This document shows positions 7,260 to 16,161 of a stretch of 16,161 nt of DNA, in pieces. Positions within the stretch are counted from its first letter, which is position 1. The number at the start of each line of letters is the position of its first letter. Where the stretch lies: positions 1 through 16,161 of the forward strand of contig NIVC01002436.1 of assembly GCA_002269645.1 (NCBI GenBank), given 5' to 3'. The stretch comes from Macrostomum lignano (taxonomy: Eukaryota). The notes under the pieces were generated by a model. It was not told where the DNA came from, did no database searches, and saw only the letters and a list, made by a program, of their open reading frames with translations. The translations under genes and the position numbers were made by a program.

Positions 7260-9503
7260 ATGTCACGGGCGCGTGGAGATAGGGTCGTAGAAGCTGTGTG
7301 CGCAGACGCCCCTGGTCAACCACCCTCGGCCGCTGACACCCCAGCAGTTGCCGCCCCCGCAGCCGCAATGGCCGCAGCCGCTGGTAATCAGGCCAACCAG
7401 CCTCCAGATGCAGTAGTTACTGATGAGCCTGACATAGGAGCTGCCGCTCCTAACCCAGAATCAGGGGGGCATGTCGCCGTTGCGGCTCCTCCCGTTTGTC
7501 AACCTTCTTCAGTCATCGTCCTAGAACCGAAGGTACGCCCCCAGTTTCATCTCGACCCATTCAATGAGTCACGGGACAACATCTTCCTGTGGGTGGGGCG
7601 GCTCGAATTCAAGTTCAAAGTGGAGGACATCAGCACCGATGCCGATAGAATCCTCACCCTAATCAGCCACCTACAAGGCGAACAGCAAGATATCGTCGTC
7701 GGCCAGGCGAGGCGGCTTGGCACCTATTCTCAGCTGCGTGACATGCTGGTGGAACGTTGCGTAAGTGTGTGGAGCCCCATGGCCCGACACTGCTTCAACC
7801 AGACGCTGGAGCAGGAGCCCGAGGAGAGTGACTTCCGCTTCGCGACCCGCCTGCTCCGCACCCTCCAGTGGACCATGCGTGGCCGGCCGCCGGACGAGAT
7901 TGATCTGGAAGCGCAACTTGCCTATATGTCCAAGGCCCGGATGCCGCGAGATGTGCGAATTCAGCTCCTGGCGCAACGACAGTTCCCCGATGTGACCGCT
8001 CTCGTGACTCGTCACCAGGAGCTGAGCGAAGCCGTACAGTTGGCGGAGGCCTTCGACACCGACTCGCCGGCCCAGCCAGAAGAAACCGAACCCGACCAGC
8101 CAACACCGTCTCTACCTTCGCCACCGCCGCCGTCTCCTCCGAAGGCTTGGTGGGTGGCGACGGGAGGCGATATGGAACTAACACCGTGGTCGGAGACTAC
8201 CGTCAGAGTGCGAGGGCGACCTTGGGAAGGCGACTGTCTGGTGGAGGGAGTCGACATGGAAGCCTTCCCGGAGATCGCGGTCAGTCGCTCGTTGGACCAA
8301 GCCGTAGACGGGTGGGTCCGAGTTCGCCTCATCAACTGGTCCGAAGAACCGGTACAGCTGCCCGCTGGCACGGTAGTAGCGCAGGCGAGCGCCTTAAAGG
8401 AAGTGGCCCTGGTCAACCGGATTACGCCAATGGGCAACACCGGGCCCGGCCCCACAGCCACTCCAAAGGATTCAACAGCTGCCAGGAAGCCGCCGGACTG
8501 GATGAAAGACCTGGAGATGGGCAGTCAACTCTCTCCCCAGGAGCGGCAACGGCTATTACGCCTACTCAACGACAACACCGATGTCTTCGCCGAGGAGGAG
8601 AACGACCTGCGGGTCACCGACGTCGTCACACACGAAATCAAGTTGACGGACTCGAGGCCCGTCAAGATGCATCCAAGACGCCTCCCTCAGGCCTACCAGG
8701 AAGAAGTGCGGCACCAGGTGCAGGGCTGGCTGGAGACCGGCAAGGTAAAGGTCTCCAAGAGTCCTTACTCCTCCGCGTTGGTCTTGGTCCCCAAAAGCGA
8801 TGGATCGTTACGAGTGTGCATCGATTTCCGGGAGGTCAACGAGCGCAGCGTGGCCGAGGTAACCCCTCTGCCTCGAATCGATGAGCTGCTGGCTTCGCTG
8901 GGCGGGTCGGCGTACTTCACGTCCCTCGATCTGCGGAGCGGTTACCACCAAGTGCCCATCCAGCCGGAATGCCGCCCCTACACTGCATTCGCTGTGCCCA
9001 ATATGGGGCTGTTTGAATGGAACGTAATGCCGTTCGGACTGAAGGGCGCCCCAAGTACCTTCTCTCGGCTGATGAACCTGGTGTTGGCCGAGCTCCAACC
9101 CGCAATCGCAATGGCCTACATTGACGATGTCATCGTGCATTCTCGCGATTTTAGCACCCACCTGAATCACCTGCAACTTGTCTTTAACAAATTAAGAACA
9201 GCAAACCTGCGGCTGAAGCCGTCCAAGTGTGCTTTCGCCAAATCCGAGGTCACCTTTCTAGGATATGTGGTCTCGAGAGAGGGCGTCGCACCCTGCCCGC
9301 ACAAGACGTGTGCCATTGACACCTGGCCGCGGCCCCAGAGCGTCACGGAGGTCCGCCAATTCTTGGGGAAGGCCGGATATTATCGGCAGTTTATTCCCGA
9401 CTACAGTGAGGTGGCCGCACCACTGCACGCCCTGACTAAGAAAGGGACGAAGGACATCCCGGGTCGCTGGGGCCCGAGCAGGAACAAGCATTCGAGAAGT
9501 TAA
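7260..9503 (+). CDS. gag-pol: Gag (capsid-like) - dUTPase-fold-like segment - reverse transcriptase, first part of the polyprotein
   Basis: Gag-like region about 7530-8042 (DPFNESRDNIFLW, QEPEESDFRFATRL). RT motifs LRVCIDFR, LDLRSGYHQ, MPFGLKGAP, YIDD (9117-9128), FLGYVV. No CCHC knuckle and no D[ST]G. Confidence 0.93.
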   Translation: MSRARGDRVVEAVCADAPGQPPSAADTPAVAAPAAAMAAAAGNQANQPPDAVVTDEPDIGAAAPNPESGGHVAVAAPPVCQPSSVIVLEPKVRPQFHLDPFNESRDNIFLWVGRLEFKFKVEDISTDADRILTLISHLQGEQQDIVVGQARRLGTYSQLRDMLVERCVSVWSPMARHCFNQTLEQEPEESDFRFATRLLRTLQWTMRGRPPDEIDLEAQLAYMSKARMPRDVRIQLLAQRQFPDVTALVTRHQELSEAVQLAEAFDTDSPAQPEETEPDQPTPSLPSPPPPSPPKAWWVATGGDMELTPWSETTVRVRGRPWEGDCLVEGVDMEAFPEIAVSRSLDQAVDGWVRVRLINWSEEPVQLPAGTVVAQASALKEVALVNRITPMGNTGPGPTATPKDSTAARKPPDWMKDLEMGSQLSPQERQRLLRLLNDNTDVFAEEENDLRVTDVVTHEIKLTDSRPVKMHPRRLPQAYQEEVRHQVQGWLETGKVKVSKSPYSSALVLVPKSDGSLRVCIDFREVNERSVAEVTPLPRIDELLASLGGSAYFTSLDLRSGYHQVPIQPECRPYTAFAVPNMGLFEWNVMPFGLKGAPSTFSRLMNLVLAELQPAIAMAYIDDVIVHSRDFSTHLNHLQLVFNKLRTANLRLKPSKCAFAKSEVTFLGYVVSREGVAPCPHKTCAIDTWPRPQSVTEVRQFLGKAGYYRQFIPDYSEVAAPLHALTKKGTKDIPGRWGPSRNKHSRS
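8148..8410 (+). other. dUTPase-fold-like domain, probably non-catalytic
   Basis: SLDQAVDGWVRVRLINWSEEPVQLPAGTVVAQ aligns by eye with the dUTPase pattern VIDxDYRGEIxVxLxN...IxxGDRIAQ, but lacks the motif III Tyr and a recognisable motif V. Confidence 0.5.
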
Positions 9504-11890
9504 AGCGCGCCTTGGTTACCGCCCCGGTGCTGCACCACCCAGATTTCGGGCCTCAGGCGGGCATCTTCGTGCTCGACTGCGACGCGAGCTTGAATGCCCT
9601 GGGTGCAGTCCTCAGCCAGAGGCAAGCGGACGGAAGTGAGCGGGTCATCGCCTACGGGAGCCGAAGTCTGGTGTCTAGTGAGCGTAACCACTGTGTCACC
9701 AAACTGGAGATGCTCAGCCTAGTGTTCTTTACGCGACAATTCCGGTATTACCTGCTAGGTCGCCGCTTCATCGTCCGCACTGACCACCGCTCTCTGACGT
9801 GGCTAAGAAATTTCAAGGAGCCGACCGGATTGATCGCTCGCTGGTTTACTCACCTCGCTGAGTACGATTTCGAAGTGGAATACCGCCCTGGGCGGCTACA
9901 CACCAACGCCGACGCGCTCAGTCGCCGGCCTGCACACCAGCATGGGGACTGTCCCATCTGCCGACCGCCAGAGGACGCCCGACCACCAGGGGAGCTGGAC
10001 GAGGACTTGCGAACTTTCCGAGTGGAGACAAAGAGGCGTCTGCTGGAACAGCGGGACCTCCTCAGCAAGGCGGAGCTCATGGAAGCGCAAAGGAAGGACC
10101 CTGCCTTGGCCTGGATCATGCGACGACTAGGAGAAGGTGCAGAGAAAGCCCCGCCAGCTGGGACGGAATTGTGCCCACCCTTGGTGCGCCGGGTGGCCCC
10201 TTTTTGGGGCTTGCTCAGTGTGGACGAGGGCGTACTAAGGATTGATGTGGAGGGGGTCGCGGCCAAGAAGAAAATCGTGTTGCCCGAAAGCTTGGACCAG
10301 AAGGTGTTCCGGTTGCTGCACGACGATCCTCTGGCCGGGCACTTTGGGCGAAGGAAAGTGGACGAGCGCTTTCGCCAACGGTTCTGGCGCCCCGGCCTGC
10401 ACCGACGGATCGCCGAGATGTGTGCGGCCTGCGAGTGCTGTTTGCGGTCCAAGCCGCACAAGCGGGCCAAAGCTTCGCCGCAATCTCTTGAACTTAGCGA
10501 GAAGTTCTCTCGCATTCACTTGGATTTTGTGGGGCCCCTGGGTCGAGGCCAGAAGTCAAGGAAGGGGAACACCAGTATCCTCACGGTGACGGACAGCTAC
10601 ACCGGCTGGGTCGAAGCTTACCCTACCCGGGACCAGACATCGAAGACCGTCATCCGTCTGCTGGTGCAGGAATACATACCGAGGTTCGGAGTACCTGACT
10701 GGATACACACGGATCAGGGACAGCACTTTGAGTCCCGGGACTTCCAGCGCTTTTGTGACTCTCTGGGTATCCGCAAAACCCGCACGACGCCATACCATCC
10801 TCAATGCAATGGGAAGGCCGAAGTCCAGCACCGCACGATCCGGGCCCTGTTGACGGCGCAGCTGGAACAGGACCACGACTTGTGGGATGAGAAGCTGCCG
10901 GCATGCCTCCTGGCGATGCGTTCCAGCCTGAACCGCATGACGGGGTATTCCGCGTTCAGCTTAACGTACGGGCAAGAGGCTCGACTGCCCTTGGACGTCG
11001 CTCTCGAGCCAGCTGAGGCCGCTCCCGGGCATGCTGCCTACGCGGCCCGTCTGGCGGCGTATCTCGATCAGGCGCGCGCAGATATCGAGGAAAAGTTCGA
11101 GACCCGAGTTCAACACCAAGCGCGCCGACCGCAGAAGTGCCGCAGCCTGGACATCGGTGACATTGTGTTCTTGGCCAACCCTCATCTGGAAGAATGGGAG
11201 ATTCCTAAGTTTCACAAGGCGTTCACCGGCCCCTGGAAGGTGGTGGCCCAGCCGTCCCAGGCCGTGTTCGACATCGCCCCGGTGCACCCCCAGCCAGGCA
11301 GGCCCGCGGTATACCGGACCCATCGCGATACGCTCCGTCCCGCGCCGGCCCAATATCAGCCCGAGGTGCCTCAGGCAGCTGCCCGCAAGTCTCCTGCCGG
11401 ACCGGGCCGACCACCAGTTCGCCCAGCGCCTCGAGCCCCGGAAGCACCGCAGTGGTTCCCCGACTCCGATTCGGAGGAAGAAGAGGAAATGTATGTCAGA
11501 TGGCCTCTGCGAAACCGGCTCCCTCCGGTGACGGTTCCCGCCGAAGTAGCATTGCCGCCGGCAAACCATCCAACCCAACCAGTTGACGTCCCAGAGCCCG
11601 CCGCCGATCAGGAACCAGTAGAGCAGGGCCCGCCAGCCCCCGAACTGCCCACGCCCCCCGCAGCGGGAGAGCTCGAAGCCAACGAGGAACCGCTGGATGA
11701 GCCACCGTTGGGCCCCGTGTTGCGCCCTCGGGCTGCCCTGAGGCGCCCAGAACGTTGGGGTTACGAGGTGCGGCGGCTGGATTCGACCCAGGAGGCAGAT
11801 GACTCCGACTACGACTGGGGCCCTCCATCGGACCCAGAGGACTGCTGGAACAGCAGCATCAGTGGGTCACTTGACTGGGATCCTCCCTGA
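9476..11890 (+). CDS. pol: RT connection - RNase H - integrase - Pro/acidic tail, in the -1 frame relative to 7260..9503
   Basis: EQEQAFEKLKRALVTAPVL from 9476. RNase H motifs DCDAS, KLEML, RTDH, NADALS. Integrase HHCC (HDDPLAGH...CECC), D,D(35)E (HLDFVGP, HTDQG, GKAE) and a GPW motif. Confidence 0.93.
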   Translation, partial: EQEQAFEKLKRALVTAPVLHHPDFGPQAGIFVLDCDASLNALGAVLSQRQADGSERVIAYGSRSLVSSERNHCVTKLEMLSLVFFTRQFRYYLLGRRFIVRTDHRSLTWLRNFKEPTGLIARWFTHLAEYDFEVEYRPGRLHTNADALSRRPAHQHGDCPICRPPEDARPPGELDEDLRTFRVETKRRLLEQRDLLSKAELMEAQRKDPALAWIMRRLGEGAEKAPPAGTELCPPLVRRVAPFWGLLSVDEGVLRIDVEGVAAKKKIVLPESLDQKVFRLLHDDPLAGHFGRRKVDERFRQRFWRPGLHRRIAEMCAACECCLRSKPHKRAKASPQSLELSEKFSRIHLDFVGPLGRGQKSRKGNTSILTVTDSYTGWVEAYPTRDQTSKTVIRLLVQEYIPRFGVPDWIHTDQGQHFESRDFQRFCDSLGIRKTRTTPYHPQCNGKAEVQHRTIRALLTAQLEQDHDLWDEKLPACLLAMRSSLNRMTGYSAFSLTYGQEARLPLDVALEPAEAAPGHAAYAARLAAYLDQARADIEEKFETRVQHQARRPQKCRSLDIGDIVFLANPHLEEWEIPKFHKAFTGPWKVVAQPSQAVFDIAPVHPQPGRPAVYRTHRDTLRPAPAQYQPEVPQAAARKSPAGPGRPPVRPAPRAPEAPQWFPDSDSEEEEEMYVRWPLRNRLPPVTVPAEVALPPANHPTQPVDVPEPAADQEPVEQGPPAPELPTPPAAGELEANEEPLDEPPLGPVLRPRAALRRPERWGYEVRRLDSTQEADDSDYDWGPPSDPEDCWNSSISGSLDWDPP

Positions 11891-12087
11891 GGTGCCACTC
11901 TTGCGGGTCAGCCCCTGGCCCCGTGGAGATTAGAATCATTATTAGGACGATGACTTCACCTTAGGCACTGTACCGTATGACAAGATATATTTTACTACTG
12001 CAATTGGCTCAGTTTGACATGAAAGGCATGGCGAATGGGTGGATCTCGCATAATGTACAGGTGAAAAGAAATCAGGTTGGTGATGGG

Positions 12088-12270
12088 ACTTACCGAGTAG
12101 TTGTATAGTTTGGAAAATCGCGCTGAGTGCCTTGGTTGGAAACTGCGACTCCGTGTAGGTTGCAGGCAGCCGGCTCCCGTTATCAGTGGCGCCTTTTATA
12201 CAGTGGCCAGCGCACGGCGCGGCGCCTCCCAGCCTACAACCGATCGCCCCGAAGCCCTCTGACTGGCTGA
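12088..12270 (-). promoter_or_regulatory. Candidate internal antisense promoter and first exon
   Basis: On the minus strand: CAGCCAGTCAGAG around 12266, TATAAAAG at 12200-12193, then CG|GTAAGT with the intron starting at 12093. Confidence 0.5.
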
Positions 12271-12787
12271 AGCGGGGTCCGAGCCTTCAAGGACGCTAGG
12301 CCTCCGTGCGGTTGAACTCCCGGCGAAATTAGCTTATTAATTTACTGCGCTGCATTAGTATTTTTCCCCTGTGTAATTGTCATTCTCCCCGAGGCTCTGC
12401 CCTTGGCTGTGTGCTAGCAACCCTTCCCCCCTTCTTTTTCCCCACTTCCCTCACCCTTCCCCGTTTCCTCTCTTTCCCAGCTGCGCTTCTATCCAATTAT
12501 GATAATTTATTGTTGACAATTCGCTATTTTTCTCCCTACTATTGCGCTGTCTGTGTTTCCCCCCTCCCACTTTAGCCACAGCAACAGTTGAAATTTTTGA
12601 AATTCTGTATTGCACTCCAACCTATGTATCTCGTTTGTGAATTTATTGCTATCCCCTCTATTTTATCGCCTTTTTCCATTCCCGCTCGCGGTTTGTTAAT
12701 TCTGTGATTTCACGTTCGGTTGAGATCCCGCTCCCGTCTGTGTGGTTCCATGTTGGGCAGTGATGATGACGGAACCAGTTCCGTCAC

Positions 12788-12804
12788 AAAAGGCAGTGGG
12801 GGTG
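12788..12804 (+). other. Polypurine tract
   Basis: AAAAGGCAGTGGGGGTG directly before the 3' LTR. Confidence 0.8.
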
Positions 12805-15021
12805 TGATGTAACCACGCTCTGGTCGCGGGATAGGGCATGGGAACTTTTTCGAAAGTGCCTCCTATCCCGTGCACCCTCTGCACAGAGCTGTCGAGACTC
12901 GGCCAGGTCTCCGACCGGGCCTGGAGACTCCCGCTCTGCTGCACCCTCCTGCTGCCTTGGTCCCGTCTCTCCTGCCGCCACACCTGCCTTTCCGGAGCCC
13001 CTACCCCTTTCTGTACCTCCCCCTCTACCCTATCTCTTCTGTTCCCGCCCTATTCTTCCTGTACTTTCTCTACCTCCTCCTTTTTTTGTCTCCCTCTGCA
13101 CTCTTTTCCTGCGCTGTCCCCTCTTTCCCTGTGTCTACTTACAGTACTTTGTGTGCTCACCGTCTCCCCATCCCCTCTCAAACTCCCAAACGGTGACGCA
13201 AGTCGTGTGACCCCTTCTCCCCCTCGGTGACTCATCGATGACTCATCCCCCTCTCTTGCGCAACCTTTTCTCACGCTATTGTTCTCCTTCCCAAATTTCT
13301 CATGTGACACCCACCCCACCTCCGCTTCTATTGTTCTCGTTTTTGCTTCTTTTGTTCTCTCGACCCCCACCAATTATCACATTTTCTCCGATTTTCTCTT
13401 TCTTTTGTTCTCGTTTTCGCACCTAATTATCACCTTTTCTCCAATGTTTACTTTTCCATTGTTCTCAGTTTTCCCCAATTATCCCCGATTTCCAATTCCT
13501 TTGTTCTCGACCCCAGCCCTATTGTTCTCAATGTTTGCTTGCGCAACACTTTCGCGACCACCCGCTGCGCCAATTATCCCCCCACCCCACCTCCGGATTG
13601 CGCAATTTCCCGATTTCTCATGTTGCTATGCCGGTCTCATGCTTCTCATCATGACTCATTCTGACGTCATTCTGCCGGCAGCCAATCAGAGAGAGGGAGC
13701 CATGGTAACGACCTTGAGGAGGCGGCTGTGAGGTCTATAAAAGGAAGCGATTTCGGCATGAGAATACTCAACTGAGTTTATCTCTGTTCCTCTCCTCGTC
13801 CTTCTTTGGACTTGCTGTCAGATTGAGTTCTGACCCATTCGTCTATAAGACGAATCCCTGCCGGTCCGCGGTCTGTTACCGCCAAGTTATCCTTAGCTCC
13901 CCAAGTGAGCTCGCCTATCGGCCAGCGGTCTGATACCGCCCAGCATCATCAGCATCGCCTGATCTACATCAGCGCCTCGTCGCTCCAGCGCATCGCCGCT
14001 TCACCGTCTGCCTGACTGCAGCCTACAGCCGCCCTCGGTCACTCCGCTCTCTCTCTCTCTCTGTGCAGCTGCCGGTAAGTTCCTGCTACTAATTTGTGCT
14101 CTAATTGCCTTTGCTTATCCGGGGTTTGCCTATTTTCCATTGTCTGATTAGAGAGCTGAGCCAATTGTGATACCGTATCTTTTGCTGTATTTTACTCAAT
14201 AGTGAAGCCGCCTAATTGCCTGCTTATTTGCCTAAGGGCCTAATTATTAACTATTAACTAACTTCATCATTATTCAATCTTTCACCATCATTTCACTCAT
14301 GGCTTGCTAAGCCTTTCTCCCGGGGTGGCAAAGCATAAGGAAGTTTGGGTAAGCTAATGGCCTCTCCCCGTGCAAAGCCCGCCTGTGAGTGCGTGCTGCG
14401 GGGCCGCGTGTGCGTGCAGTAGAGGGATTAGCGAGTCTTGGCACAGAATGGCAGTAGGAAGGTTGCAACCCCATGCTAACGCGTCCCTTCGCCCTGAGCA
14501 ATCTAAACTGTAGACAGTACATGTTCGCCTCATACTACTCTTAGTAATCAAAGTCGCAAGTCAGCCTCGCTCACAGCCACAAAGGATCCCCTGCTGAGAA
14601 ATCCTCCAGGATTGAGCCCAGAGTTCCCGATCATGCCCCAAGCAGAGTCCCTGTACTCGGCTGCATGCGTCTCCCCTGTTAGCCTAAATCCCCTGGTAAC
14701 CAATCCAGGCGGGGCTCTAGCCTCGAGAGGTCTGGTAGAAAGATCCAGGTGCGCCAGGTCACATAGAGTGGTGGCAGCCACTCGGTCATACCATGACCGA
14801 GTGACCAACTATTGCACCTTGGCTACAGGTGGGGTCCATGTGGGTCCTTGGCCCTCTGGTCACGAAGCGCTACCAAAGCTACTAATCATGTGGGCGGGAC
14901 AGTCTGGTGCTGGAGGTCCGTCAGGTCATTGCCCGGTCATAGGCAGCCTACGGTCATTGCCCCCTCTAGCCATGCGTTCGTCTCTCTACGGAGCGGACAG
15001 GCGACAAGGGCGGTTACATCA
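12805..15021 (+). repeat. 3' LTR (2217 bp)
   Basis: Direct repeat of 2690-4908 with the same TGATGTAACC...GGTTACATCA ends; followed by TCTGG rather than a PBS or TSD. Confidence 0.96.
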
Positions 15022-15182
15022 TCTGGCTAAAAAACGTTCATGGCAACTGAGGGTACCCGAATGTGCGAATATAGTCAGTCATTCATGCAGTATCTACCAT
15101 CCCATATGGCGGTCTCTTAGCCTTATCGGTCTCTTTCCTTAAATCGCATATTTTGATAATATGATTATTATGGATTAGTCCC

Positions 15183-15266
15183 ACGTTTATATTTTAATGA
15201 TTCATAAGCAAACTATTGCTGATATTACACGCTTGCAGTCGATGGACGTTTATATTTTAATGATTC
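15183..15266 (+). repeat. 21 bp direct repeat pair
   Basis: ACGTTTATATTTTAATGATTC at 15183-15203 and 15246-15266. Confidence 0.8.
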
Positions 15267-15670
15267 CATCGCAAACAGTGGGAGGCATGAACCATGATTA
15301 CTAATTATTATTATTATTAATATTACATTATTAATTAAATGACTAAAAATTATGAATTTATAAATACAATATGAACTTTCTTAAGGATACTAGCTTCCTG
15401 CCAAAAACTAATCAATACAAATCTATAAATGAAAATCTACATTACGCTTTTAATTATGCTTAATCATGCTTTCTATTATTAAGAATACATTACAGACAAT
15501 CTATAATTAAATAATTATTTTGCATTTTAAATATCCTATTATCGATTAATAATTCTGATTATTAATATATCATCTGCTTCGTGACATTCAATAAACTTTA
15601 ATTTCATTTCCTTTATTATAATTATCTGGTATCATGGGATACACATCTGGTATTCAGATAATATATATAC

Positions 15671-15820
15671 AAAGGGAACAAATTGGATAATGGGAAAGGG
15701 GAACAGATTGGGATAGTGGGAAAGGGGAACAGATTGGGATAATGGGAAGGGGAATACATTGGATAGTGGGAAAGGGGAACACTTGGGATAATGGGAAAGG
15801 GGAACACATTGGGATAATGG
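15671..15820. repeat. Minisatellite, six copies of a 24-26 bp unit
   Basis: Consensus about AAAGGGGAACAGATTGGGATAATGGG, copies head to tail without spacers. Confidence 0.9.
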
Positions 15821-15858
15821 AGATGCTAATCAGCACGGGCTGGCGAAGCCTCAGTCAG

Positions 15859-16161
15859 TCAGCAATGAGCTGGCGTCTCCTCCGCCCGCCACGGTCTCGA
15901 CGCCCAGTCCGGACAGTCGCTCGGCGGTCCGCGGGCGCTGAAGATGCCGCTGCGCCAACACCGCCTTCTTCATCAGCGCCGAGTTTGCCCGTCGCCGTCG
16001 CCGTCTCGCCGCAGCCGGTCCATCTCAGCGCGCTGTCTGTCGTCGGCCAGCGAGTCCGGTAGACCTCGTCAGGCTGCGCTTCATCCGGCGCAGCTCCTCG
16101 GATTCCCAGGCGAGTTGGCGGACGCGCAGAGAGCCGGACGGACGGTGGAGTCCTCTTCGTC
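15859..16161 (-). pseudogene. 3' end of a frameshifted gene for an uncharacterised, C14orf93-C-terminus-like protein (runs off the window)
   Basis: Joining frames gives DEEDSTVRPAL / VRQLAWESEELRRMKRSL / DEVYRT / SLADDRQRAEMDRLRR / GIFSARGPPSDCPDWA. This resembles an acidic patch - WxSxxLxxxKxxLD - SxRxPPxxxPxWA pattern I recall from that family. No database search was run. Confidence 0.45.

Larger units (their letters stand above)
2690..15021 (+). mobile_element. Ty3/Gypsy LTR retrotransposon, 12.3 kb
   Basis: Paired LTRs with TG...CA ends, PBS, PPT, and RT-RNaseH-IN domain order. Confidence 0.96.

Noticed and set aside
7419-7445. CTGATGAG followed by a small stem, possible hammerhead
   Set aside because: No GAAA after the stem, and it lies in gag coding sequence.
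8055-8066. DTDS as a mutated protease DTGS
   Set aside because: One base from DTGS, but the flanks are low-complexity, hydrophobic strands are missing and only about 30 aa remain before the next domain. At most a deletion remnant.
7671-11828. Many overlapping and antisense ORFs across gag-pol (for example 8147..8884, 9850..10515, 10961..11578)
   Set aside because: Expected shadow ORFs of GC-rich coding DNA; no recognisable motifs.
12760-12791. Hammerhead-like layout GTGATGA-[8 bp stem]-CAAAA
   Set aside because: Core positions C3 and G12 are wrong (G and C here) and I found no stems I/III with a cleavage triplet; kept only as a hairpin.
15671-15820. CRISPR-like appearance of the 25 bp repeats
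   Set aside because: No unique spacers, eukaryotic context, no cas genes; ordinary minisatellite.

Overview
Eukaryotic repeat-rich DNA with no intact host gene. Left to right: (1) 1-1060 is an old AT-rich flank depleted in CG and CHG. (2) 1170-2689 is a near-intact IR/DR-type Tc1 (DD34E) transposon on the minus strand, with one nonsense codon. (3) 2690-15021 is a 12.3 kb Ty3/Gypsy LTR retrotransposon sitting in the Tc1 right TIR. It has two almost identical 2.2 kb LTRs, a tRNA-Leu PBS, a 2.3 kb leader with no recognisable ORF, and a Gag-[dUTPase-like]-RT-RNaseH-IN polyprotein with one frameshift. (4) The right flank does not continue the Tc1 and carries a minisatellite and a frameshifted remnant of an uncharacterised gene. 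The most unusual points: the polyprotein has no aspartic protease and no zinc knuckle; a TATA box plus splice donor points antisense into pol; there is no target-site duplication; and a CG+CHG decay signature sits beside elements that look animal-like. All domain calls were made by eye.
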